64,000 nt of DNA from Giardia intestinalis (lineage: Eukaryota). The stretch lies in assembly GCA_000002435.2 (NCBI GenBank), contig CM018792.1. One strand, given 5' to 3'. Position numbers and translations under genes: made by a program. A model generated the notes under the pieces. That model did no database searches, was not told the origin of the DNA, and saw nothing but the letters and a program-made list of their open reading frames with translations. Numbering within the stretch: position 1 is the first letter of the stretch; every line of letters starts with the position of its first letter. Of the stretch, positions 1 to 8,536 are shown in pieces.

Positions 1-189
1 AATCTGCTCTTCAACTTCCAGAGGTGGTAATTGAGATACGACAGACACATAATCAGCACAAGAGACACCTTCCGGGAGCAGTTGTGAACATATCTGTTTC
101 CGCTTTTGCAACAAGCAGCGCATGCAGGAGGCAAGACTTGCTGTCTGGTTGCTCTCTGGTAAAGGTTTTACCACAGCGTATAAAAAATA

Positions 190-741
190 ATGGCCAAGCA
201 AAAGGATCTCAAGAGCAAGCCAGTAAAGCCGCTGACAGCCTTCTTCATTTACTTCAAAGAGCAGTCTGTGGGCATGACAGAGAAATCTACAATCGAAAAG
301 GGCAGGATTTTGGGACAGAAGTGGAAGGAGCTATCAGACAAGGAGAAACAGCATTACTATGACATCTATGAGAAAAACATGAAGGCATATAGTACTGATA
401 TTGCTAACTGGTATCATGCGCATCCAGAGGATAAGATTGCAGATGAGGAGAAAGCCATGAATGCCAAGCACAAGAATAAGACCAAGCAGAGCATTGCCAA
501 AGAGAAAGAAGTCGCAATGTTTTTTGCCATAGGACACATGCGGAAGCACGCAATGCTCACCGGGGACACCCTTGAGTACAACGAGAAGCTGGCAAAGATC
601 CTCAAGTCTCGCTTCTACATGCTCAGCGATGCAGACAAGCATGTATGGGAAAAGTTCTGGCATAAGATGGACCCAACCAAGCAAGAGGAAATTGTTGGTC
701 TTTACAAGTCGTGGAAGGGAGTAAAAAGCTCTACTAAATAG
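190..741 (+). CDS. HMG-box DNA-binding protein (one clear HMG box, possible degenerate second box)
   Basis: ATG at 190 sits on an AT-rich initiator (gtataaaaaataATG). Residues ~12-80 (KPLTAFFIYF...GQKWKELSDKEKQHYYDIYEKNMKAYSTDIANW) match the HMG-box consensus. The protein is lysine-rich. Family assignment is from motif recognition only. Confidence 0.72.
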   Translation: MAKQKDLKSKPVKPLTAFFIYFKEQSVGMTEKSTIEKGRILGQKWKELSDKEKQHYYDIYEKNMKAYSTDIANWYHAHPEDKIADEEKAMNAKHKNKTKQSIAKEKEVAMFFAIGHMRKHAMLTGDTLEYNEKLAKILKSRFYMLSDADKHVWEKFWHKMDPTKQEEIVGLYKSWKGVKSSTK

Positions 742-797
742 AAGCAGCATAGTCCAGTTTTTACTCTTCTTTGCTATTACTTTTCTTTACCTCGCCC

Positions 798-3700
798 CTA
801 CTCCATTTTAGCGGAGGGGGCCGTAACTAGAAACCTCCTAATGAGGTCACAAAAAGGCTTGAGTGAACTTCTGTATGAAAAGTCATTCGCCACCACAAAC
901 TTCGACGCGCTTGTGATGGTCTCGGAGAAGATGGCAAGGTTTATCTGCATGTTTATCAGCTGCTTAGCGTCTATTAGTACATTTGAATACTTCACTGTCT
1001 CGTCTAAGAGGTTGCTCAGTAAGGCGGTGATCTCACACTGCCTGCACTGCGAATAAAGACACACCTTGACGTAGTCTCTTAGTATTTCCTCTTTCAGTGC
1101 AAACGACACCTTAACACTAGCGCATTCGGGGATTCCCATAAAGTGTGCAATCATGCCAGTGACAAAGTGGTGAATAAATGAGTTCATCATTTGCATCCCA
1201 AGAGCAAACATGTTACTGCTTCTAATCCCCGAGTCACTCGGGTAGGATATCCGGTATCCCAGTTGTTGTTCCAGAGACAGGAATTTGTACTTGTTAAAGA
1301 GGCGTGTATATTCCTGTTGCTGATCAATGTAGAGATTCTCATGTGTGGCAAATTCCTGGCTCAATGGAATCAGCTTCTTATCCAATTTGAACCACAAGGA
1401 ATCAAGCTCAGTACCATAAGAAGATAGATGCGTAGATGATAATTTGAAGATGCAATCACTAGATAAGATGAAGGTAGACACTACATTTGAAATGGCGCTA
1501 TATTCAACCATCCCTAATTTCACTAATTCAACTAACAGCAGCCCTGTGGCTGATGCTTGCTGCTCATTACCAATAGCAATAGCCGACTCCAATGTGTCCA
1601 TCAGTGCTGCCATTATTCGCCGAGACCCTATCTGTAGGTTCTTGCTATCGGAATGGTGCATACATGTAATTAGTGCAGCTAAGGGTCTTACGGTGTCTGA
1701 GGATAGAACGTCTAGTGACAAGAAGACAGTAGAGAGTTCGTGGGGCGTGGGTGCTGGAGGAAGAAGGCGATCGTTGTACATAGCATAGTCGTTCTCAATG
1801 TGATGGAACCGGTTATGCTTATCATACTTTTCTTTAATTTCCTTATAAATCCGGTCATAGAATCCTGCAGGTAGAAAGTCTATCGGATCAGTTCCATGGG
1901 AAAGGTCGGTAAAGTTTAAAAGAGAAAGAGTTTTTGTTAGAAAGCTATGCAAGAGGGGCTCGACATTTGGGGAAAAGTGTGCGATAATGCTGTTCCTCAG
2001 GTCCAGTAAAATGTCCTCCATCGAGACAACTGTCGAGGCAGAGAAATCCTCCACATATGAAAGGCCGTTTTCATTGTCCTCCGGTTCGCTGGAGGATGTC
2101 GTTGTGACGGCAGACCTGCTGTCGTTATTGAGCCTTGTGAGCAAGCTGGTAATATATTGAGGAAACGTGGTGTCAAGCTGCTTAGAATATAATGGCTGAG
2201 CCTCTTTGAGAAAAGAAAGGAGACGTTTCTTGAGCCACTGGTAGGCTAGGGAATGGGTAAAGCGGCCACTGTTAGTATTAAGATAGGAGCGGACGCTGTT
2301 GCTGTATTCTTCGTGAATCCTTTCAAGGTTCGGTGTGCTCCCCTTTCTTTCTTGCTGCTCCTGAATATACTTATCAATGTGCGCCAATAGTGGTTTATAT
2401 CGCACATTCACAAGAACCTCATACCAATCTTTAATCGCCTTTGACTCCTGTCTCTTTACAACATCAGAAACGATGGAGTGAATCTTATTGACATTGATGC
2501 AGATTTCGGGGCAGGAGCTGTACCAGAAGTAATAGTTGTGGTATATAATATTGTATAAGGTCATGATTAGCCGTTTGCTCTTGAAGGATATCTGCTCAAC
2601 ACGAGACAGGCGATTCGACGCCTTAGTCATACAAGATATCAGATCTTTGATTTTTAATAGGTTGAAACACGAAAGGTGGTTGACGCATCTGATAAGGTGA
2701 AAGGTGGCGTCGTCGCGCTCCACATCACGATCCTCATTTATTAAGATCCTAGAGAGGGCATTCTGACATTGGATGTGAGCAGGGTACAGTTTGTGTTCAT
2801 CAGAGTCTGTTTGTAAAGGTCCAACAATTGGAATAATTCTATTAATACAGAGGCATGCATATAGGTGAGCATAGTAGTGGCAACACGTTTCAGGAATGGC
2901 AAACCTCCTGCAAAAGACTTGTCTAAATACACTGTTGATGGTAATGATACTAGTGGTATCCTTGAAATTGAGAAACTTCACCAGAAGAAGTATAATAACA
3001 TGCTCTTCAGTCTGATTTCTTATGGATTGCAGTAGTAATGTAATGTCACCAGGGTTAATACCAATCCTAGTAATCCGCTTGGGGTCAAAAAGAAGATGCT
3101 GCAGCTTCTCAACGGAGCTTGCCCTCGGGGTACTATCATAGTACTGTTTGAAAACACTATCTATAGCCTTCTGTATATCTTTGTTGAGCAGCGCATACAC
3201 AGTGTCTAGATTCTCTTTATACTTATCCTCCAGTACTCTATAGCTCTGTGTTAGGGAAAGGGGATATCTACGCAAGCTATCTATTTCGCTAATCTCGTTT
3301 GTATAAACGTCTGCCAGCTTTCCAGACTCAAAGTTAATAATCGACACATAACGCTCCCGCTCAGATGGGCAAAGATCAAAGGCACTGGTAATGAAAGCCT
3401 TGGTAGATCGCGGACTTACAGAAAGCTGGTTTAAAACAGTAGGTACAATCATATTTAATCCGAGAGTATTGAGGATGTTGCAGAAATAGGTGTTGCACTT
3501 ACATAGATGGTTACCCCATTCAAGCTCTCCGTCGCAAAGTGATTCCTTAGACAAGGCGCCAAACTCCTGCGACAAGATAGAAACTGTCTCCTTGAAAAGA
3601 GCGTAGATTTTGTATTCAACGTGGAAAAGCCTTATCATGTAATCAAAACAGCTAAGGATGCCGCGAGGCAACGTAGACAGCTCTTCACGAGGGATAAGAG

Positions 3701-4589
3701 GCTTAGCGGGGACGAGTGCAAGTGCATCGTGGGATGTGTCAAGCTGGAAAAGCATTGCAATGTGATGTATCAAGGAATTCCTTTCTTCTTGAGAGATGAG
3801 CATCGGAGTATGCTTATCTGGAGTGCAGGGAGTGTTTATGTTATTATTAGTAATCTCTCCGTGTAGCGGACTTATACCGAAGCCGTCCTCAACTGTCTGG
3901 CATAAGAAAGTGTGTAAGAAGGCTGATGTAAAATAAGTTGGATGATAGGCACCGTTAAATACATATGATGAGAGAGTGATTCTTTTGGCTTCTGAAAGGT
4001 TTGCTGGTCGCGGCGGAAGAGAGGAATATTGGCTGATGACTTGTCGAAGGATTGTAAAGGATTCCCTGGCGAGGAGACCGACTAACTCTTCCAGTTTATC
4101 ACTTTTTGCAATCATGCCATAGCGCCACAGTGCGCAAAAAAGAGATACTGCGGAAACACGTTGCTGTCTATTCACGTCCGAGGGTGCAAGGGTTTCATCG
4201 ATATTGTCTCGGAAGGCAGGACCTTTTGGAACTAGCAACTTCTGTACCTGTGAGAGGATAAGCTCTACAATGTTCCTAAAAAAGATCTCTGAGACAAGAA
4301 GCATGTTGAGGACAAACGTCTCTATCTCAGCACGCCTATCTTCCGGGTATTTGAACTCACATATGGCCTTTGCTATATCAATTCCTTGAGTACCGTATTT
4401 GTACGTGTGCATGGTCGAAAAGTAATTATCTGGAGCAGATTCAATGCCTCTAAGCCTCCTTAAGAGGGTATCGACTACACTTTTTTTCGGCACGGGATAT
4501 GCTTCTGAATCAAAGTCGTCGCTCTCCATACCTCTTAGCTCTGCTATGCGGGTCTTACGCTCCTTTCTGTTGATTCGCGGAGGATACAT
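798..4589 (-). CDS. large hypothetical protein (1263 aa), no recognisable domain
   Basis: Uninterrupted 3.8 kb ORF with a real ATG at 4589..4587 preceded by TTTTAAAAA. It is convergent with the HMG gene with a 56 nt gap. Nothing in the translation let me assign a function. Confidence 0.55.
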   Translation of the reverse strand: MYPPRINRKERKTRIAELRGMESDDFDSEAYPVPKKSVVDTLLRRLRGIESAPDNYFSTMHTYKYGTQGIDIAKAICEFKYPEDRRAEIETFVLNMLLVSEIFFRNIVELILSQVQKLLVPKGPAFRDNIDETLAPSDVNRQQRVSAVSLFCALWRYGMIAKSDKLEELVGLLARESFTILRQVISQYSSLPPRPANLSEAKRITLSSYVFNGAYHPTYFTSAFLHTFLCQTVEDGFGISPLHGEITNNNINTPCTPDKHTPMLISQEERNSLIHHIAMLFQLDTSHDALALVPAKPLIPREELSTLPRGILSCFDYMIRLFHVEYKIYALFKETVSILSQEFGALSKESLCDGELEWGNHLCKCNTYFCNILNTLGLNMIVPTVLNQLSVSPRSTKAFITSAFDLCPSERERYVSIINFESGKLADVYTNEISEIDSLRRYPLSLTQSYRVLEDKYKENLDTVYALLNKDIQKAIDSVFKQYYDSTPRASSVEKLQHLLFDPKRITRIGINPGDITLLLQSIRNQTEEHVIILLLVKFLNFKDTTSIITINSVFRQVFCRRFAIPETCCHYYAHLYACLCINRIIPIVGPLQTDSDEHKLYPAHIQCQNALSRILINEDRDVERDDATFHLIRCVNHLSCFNLLKIKDLISCMTKASNRLSRVEQISFKSKRLIMTLYNIIYHNYYFWYSSCPEICINVNKIHSIVSDVVKRQESKAIKDWYEVLVNVRYKPLLAHIDKYIQEQQERKGSTPNLERIHEEYSNSVRSYLNTNSGRFTHSLAYQWLKKRLLSFLKEAQPLYSKQLDTTFPQYITSLLTRLNNDSRSAVTTTSSSEPEDNENGLSYVEDFSASTVVSMEDILLDLRNSIIAHFSPNVEPLLHSFLTKTLSLLNFTDLSHGTDPIDFLPAGFYDRIYKEIKEKYDKHNRFHHIENDYAMYNDRLLPPAPTPHELSTVFLSLDVLSSDTVRPLAALITCMHHSDSKNLQIGSRRIMAALMDTLESAIAIGNEQQASATGLLLVELVKLGMVEYSAISNVVSTFILSSDCIFKLSSTHLSSYGTELDSLWFKLDKKLIPLSQEFATHENLYIDQQQEYTRLFNKYKFLSLEQQLGYRISYPSDSGIRSSNMFALGMQMMNSFIHHFVTGMIAHFMGIPECASVKVSFALKEEILRDYVKVCLYSQCRQCEITALLSNLLDETVKYSNVLIDAKQLINMQINLAIFSETITSASKFVVANDFSYRSSLKPFCDLIRRFLVTAPSAKME

Positions 4590-4782
4590 TTTTTAAAACA
4601 GACAGGGCCAGTTTACTGATTGCTGATTGGCTTTTCCCGAAAGCTTGCGAGGCTTAACTGTAGGCCGGCGGGCGTCTCTGATAGATCCTGATAGACAGCT
4701 CTGTTGTCAAACACTTTGCACCCGTTGAGAGCAATGGGAGTAAATCTAAAGTTCCACATCAACAAACATTAGAACATTTTAA

Positions 4783-5202
4783 ATGGCTGACATAGCAGGC
4801 TATATCACAGAGGACCTTAAGTGTACAAACATGCTTACTGATGGTCTCAAGAATATCGCTCTTGAGGCCCGTGAGACAGTTATTTCTCAGTTGGCGACAA
4901 TTCGAGAACTGGAAGAGGAGCACCAAGTCAGCAGCGCACAGCTGCAAAGATTGATGGAGAATATTGGGACGAGATCTGAAACTGCAGCAAGCATGCACAA
5001 GTATCTTACAGAGCTCGAAGAGGAGGACCGACAGATTGCGAAACTTCTTTCAGCTATCAAATACCAAGTGAACACATACTATGGGTGTATCTATCTTTTA
5101 CTGGGTAAGAGGCCACTTGCTATGCCATGGGACGTCGACAGAGTCAGTCCGGTATCTTTGCGTAACAGTTGCACAGTTGACCTCTGTGTAGGGGATCAAT
5201 AG
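4783..5202 (+). CDS. small hypothetical coiled-coil protein (139 aa); 3' end overlaps Kae1 on the opposite strand
   Basis: Real ATG at 4783 on an AT-rich initiator (aacattttaaATG). The first ~100 aa look like a heptad/coiled coil (ELEEEHQVSSAQLQRLMENIG...LTELEEEDRQIAKLL). The last ~35 codons overlap the Kae1 3' end (5098-5202) and look less protein-like. Confidence 0.35.
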   Translation: MADIAGYITEDLKCTNMLTDGLKNIALEARETVISQLATIRELEEEHQVSSAQLQRLMENIGTRSETAASMHKYLTELEEEDRQIAKLLSAIKYQVNTYYGCIYLLLGKRPLAMPWDVDRVSPVSLRNSCTVDLCVGDQ

Positions 5203-6288
5203 ATCCATTGATAATGGAGCCTGAAGCATACACGCCCCGCACCAGGCGATCATTGCCCCGTTATCGACACAATAGCTATCGTCCATCGCCCCCAATCGCC
5301 CATTTCTCTCTGCGGCCATAATTTGGAGCATCTCCTGAAGACGCAGGTTGCAGCCCACACCTCCTACGGCCAGAATGTCGGCTGCACCCACGTGAGCAGC
5401 AGCCCTTTCAGTTATTTCCACCAGAGATCCGAAGAGCGTCTCCTGGAGGCTATAGCAAATTAGCCGGGGATCGAGAGAGGTGTGTGTCTCTACATATGTT
5501 TTCAGATATGTCGAAATGCCACTACATGAGATGTCCATTCCCTTTATGGGAACAGGGATCGTTGTGATAATTGGTATATCGTAACTTGTATCTATACCTG
5601 CCTCGGGATGGTTAGCAGAATACAGCTCAAGTTGTTCTTTAAGAAGCTCCTTAGACCGTGGCAGTGTGGTGTATCGAGGCACAATATCCGGGTCTAGATG
5701 GACACAATCCTCCTCACGGAAAATAGCTGCCCACTCAGCTGCAAGCCGCTCGATATTGAGCCCGGGGGCAGGGGTGTTAGAAATCAGTAGGTATCGAGCA
5801 ATCCGGTCCAAGGCATTTCCTACTGCTATGTCTAGAGCCTCCCCGAAGACACGATATCGGCCTTGAGAGTAGGCTATGACCTGGGTGTTTCCTCCAGACG
5901 CGTATAGAACGACTGGATTGGGCAGCTGCGTGACCAAGCGGCCCATTTCTATATGGGCGACGCAGTGATTCACTGCAAGCAGCGGCACCTTCCAGAGCTG
6001 TGAAAGGGTACGCGCAACTACGGCTACTGCGGCCAACGGTGCCCCAAGACCCGGCCCGCGGGTGTATGCAATGTGAGTTATCTTATCGGAGGATATTTCT
6101 GCCTCCAAAAGGGCTCTTTCGATAAGGCCTATAATGTGCTGCCTGTGATGCGCCGCAACGTCGTTTGGTTGGAAGCCTTGCCCCGGCGGCGCGTTATATG
6201 TACTCCTTAGATTTGCATGCACAACACCCGAGGCGTCTACGATACCTACACCAAGCTTGTTTGCAGATCCCTCCAAGCCAAGGATCAT
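5098..6288 (-). CDS. KAE1: Kae1/OSGEP, tRNA N6-threonylcarbamoyladenosine (t6A) synthesis protein of the KEOPS complex
   Basis: Full-length match to the Kae1/OSGEP/Gcp family. It has the N-terminal MILGLEGSANKLGVGIV, the metal-binding HCVAH (HxxxH) motif, and GGNTQVIAY and GGVGCN motifs. Real ATG at 6288..6286. Confidence 0.88.
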   Translation of the reverse strand: MILGLEGSANKLGVGIVDASGVVHANLRSTYNAPPGQGFQPNDVAAHHRQHIIGLIERALLEAEISSDKITHIAYTRGPGLGAPLAAVAVVARTLSQLWKVPLLAVNHCVAHIEMGRLVTQLPNPVVLYASGGNTQVIAYSQGRYRVFGEALDIAVGNALDRIARYLLISNTPAPGLNIERLAAEWAAIFREEDCVHLDPDIVPRYTTLPRSKELLKEQLELYSANHPEAGIDTSYDIPIITTIPVPIKGMDISCSGISTYLKTYVETHTSLDPRLICYSLQETLFGSLVEITERAAAHVGAADILAVGGVGCNLRLQEMLQIMAAERNGRLGAMDDSYCVDNGAMIAWCGACMLQAPLSMDLLIPYTEVNCATVTQRYRTDSVDVPWHSKWPLTQ

Positions 6289-6366
6289 TCACTTTATCTG
6301 TCCAGGCAGTGTAGTGTATGGTAGGGTAAGCTAAAGATTTACAAGCACAGAGTACAGAGTGTATGG

Positions 6367-8238
6367 TTACTTGCGATATGTCCCTGTCAGGAGGCGGCGC
6401 ATCTCTTTGTCATGACGTTCCTTAAGCTCATTCATCTCATCTGTCGCCGCAAGACGCTCCCGCGTGAAGAGGGTTGTAAGACGACGCCGCTCTGTGGGGT
6501 CGTTAGTCCTTGCTAGCTCTGCGCGACGTTCCTCTTCCTTTGCTTGCTCATAGTTAATGCGCTGGAGAATCTCTGCATTGTGTTTTTGTCTTAATTGTAC
6601 AATATCATCCTGTGTAATCACAGGCCTGGGCCTGTCCAGCTTCGTTGTGTCATGCAGAGACTTGTGTAACGTTGCCAGAACGGCCTCTGCTTCCTCATTT
6701 GTCAAGGCATGGTCATCTGAGTTGGAGACAGCCGTTTTTTTGGTGGCCTTGCGTGCTGTCCCGTAGCTTCTGGCACGCTTGGGTTTCTCCTCATATTCCA
6801 TGGAGTTGCTGCGATTTCTGGCCGTTTGGGAATCGGAGATACCTGCCAAGTCCTCAACCTTGATATTAAGGTGGAGCATGAGGTCCTTTTGGCCCAACTT
6901 TTGTCTCTGGTGCTCTAAGGCGTTGTCCATTCGGGCTTCTAACTTAGTGAGGGCAACTCGCTTAGAGTATTCTGTTTGCTCCCACAACCTCTTTGCATTC
7001 TCGATTCTATCTTTGACGCGAAGCTTCTCTTCTTCAAGTTTGAGCTTTTCCTCCAACCGGCGAGCCTCGGCCTGTTCACGAGCTCGTTCTTCACGCTCCT
7101 TTTCGCGCTGCAACGCCTCAATGCGTTTCTTCTCTGCCAGTTCCCGCTGTTTAGCCAAGAGCTCTAGGCGAGCCTTTTCTTTCTCCTCCGCCAACTTGTG
7201 CTCTTCTTCCAATCGTAGGCGCTCCTCTTCCTTCCTCTTTGCTAGCCGCTCCTCGCCTTGCTGAAGCTTCAGAAGTGTGCTAGCGCGGCGCTCTGCATCG
7301 TCCTTAGCCCGCTGTCGGTTGACTTCATTGAGTTTTCGCTCCGCCTCTCGTTGCCGCTCCTCATTTTCACGGCGTTTCCGCTCACGCTCTTCTGCTAACT
7401 GTTGCATCCGCTCGGCCTCCTTCTGCTCCATCATGCGGCGACGATGCTCGGTGGCCTCCTCCATCTGCCGTTGGTATTCTCGGGCTCGTTGCTCCATCAT
7501 TCTGTTCTTTTCCTCTTGCTCCTGGTTGCGGCGGCGGGCCTCCTCTTCCAGCTGTTTTTTATGAGCTTCTTGGCGAGCTTGGATTTGCTCGCGCTTGGCA
7601 GCTTCCTTTGCCTCCATTTCTTTCCGCTCTTTCTCCTTCTTTTCCTTATAGCGACGTTTTTCTTCCTCTATACGCTGTTGTTTTTCTAGCTCAGCAATAC
7701 GCGCGATTTCGCGCTGCTCTTGCTGCTTTGCCATGGCCTTAAACTTCGCCTCCTCTGCCAGTTTGGCGCGCTCTTCCTTCTGTCTCATGCGTTCCTCCAT
7801 TTCTGCTTTGTGCTGTGCCTCCCTCGCTTGCCGTTTTTGCATTGCCTCGAGTGCTCTTACCTTAGATATGTAGGCAAGAGAAGACTTGTCTATTTCGCTA
7901 CTCATAACCTTTCCGCTGCAGGATAAGTCTTCATTAACTAACTTCTTGATTTCAGGCGGAGACCCCAAAAAGAGAAACTCCTCCCGCGATATGCCAAGCT
8001 CGCAAACTTTGTTGAATTCTGCCCTAACGTCCTCTAACAAACTCTGTCTTTTTTCTTCGTATTTTTTATAGTGCAAATCTGCAATAGCAGGCTCTGGATA
8101 GTCCCGCTGAAAGTTGCTATATGGTAGAGGCTTTATGTCTGAAAAGCGAATAGCACGCCGACGCATTGCAACTATTGATCGAGGAGATGTTATGCGTTTC
8201 TTTGTCTCATCGGTGAAATTTTGGAGGCTAATCCGCAT
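6367..8238 (-). CDS. E/R/K-rich coiled-coil protein (trichohyalin-like charged repeat region)
   Basis: 623 aa ORF with ATG at 8238..8236. The central ~350 aa are almost entirely E/R/K/Q/A/L heptads (EERARLAEEAKFKAMAKQQEQREIARIAELEKQQRIEEEKRRYKEKKEKERKE...). The low-complexity coding explains the many spurious ORFs on the opposite strand. Confidence 0.6.
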   Translation of the reverse strand: MRISLQNFTDETKKRITSPRSIVAMRRRAIRFSDIKPLPYSNFQRDYPEPAIADLHYKKYEEKRQSLLEDVRAEFNKVCELGISREEFLFLGSPPEIKKLVNEDLSCSGKVMSSEIDKSSLAYISKVRALEAMQKRQAREAQHKAEMEERMRQKEERAKLAEEAKFKAMAKQQEQREIARIAELEKQQRIEEEKRRYKEKKEKERKEMEAKEAAKREQIQARQEAHKKQLEEEARRRNQEQEEKNRMMEQRAREYQRQMEEATEHRRRMMEQKEAERMQQLAEERERKRRENEERQREAERKLNEVNRQRAKDDAERRASTLLKLQQGEERLAKRKEEERLRLEEEHKLAEEKEKARLELLAKQRELAEKKRIEALQREKEREERAREQAEARRLEEKLKLEEEKLRVKDRIENAKRLWEQTEYSKRVALTKLEARMDNALEHQRQKLGQKDLMLHLNIKVEDLAGISDSQTARNRSNSMEYEEKPKRARSYGTARKATKKTAVSNSDDHALTNEEAEAVLATLHKSLHDTTKLDRPRPVITQDDIVQLRQKHNAEILQRINYEQAKEEERRAELARTNDPTERRRLTTLFTRERLAATDEMNELKERHDKEMRRLLTGTYRK

Positions 8239-8536
8239 GGCACAATGGCTTAGAATTTTGAATTTTTATTTACCTTTTTGCACTGTGCTACACCGAGCCC
8301 GAGGGCTAGGTATGTTGAGCGAGCTTTACAGAGTAGGGTGTACAAATACTCCAAGAGTGTGCAATAAATATTTGATATTTCGTCCAGCAAGCCTTTTAAG
8401 GAAGAATCTCATCCTTTTTTGCGAAAGATTCTACAAAAGGTTATCAATCATTCAAGTAAATGCTTTGCAGATTAATATAAAAGACTGCTCCATTAGTTGA
8501 TTGACCCAGGACAAAAAAGCTTTAAAGATAAAACCC

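Noticed and set aside
24-750. ORFs 24-362(+), 334-750(-), 414-605(-) overlapping the HMG-box gene
   Set aside because: They are alternative frames or the antisense of a clearly recognisable HMG-box CDS. They have no initiator context or domain content.
6557-8071. Numerous plus-strand ORFs (S/R/L/F-rich, 60-160 aa) across 6557-8071
   Set aside because: They are antisense or frame-shifted readings of the low-complexity E/R/K-rich coiled-coil gene. Repetitive GAG/AAG/CGC coding keeps the other frames open by chance.
6367-8238. Tandem DNA repeat / satellite annotation for the E/R-rich region
   Set aside because: The repetition is at the amino-acid heptad level with degenerate codons, not exact nucleotide tandem units. 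It is better described as a low-complexity CDS than as a DNA repeat.
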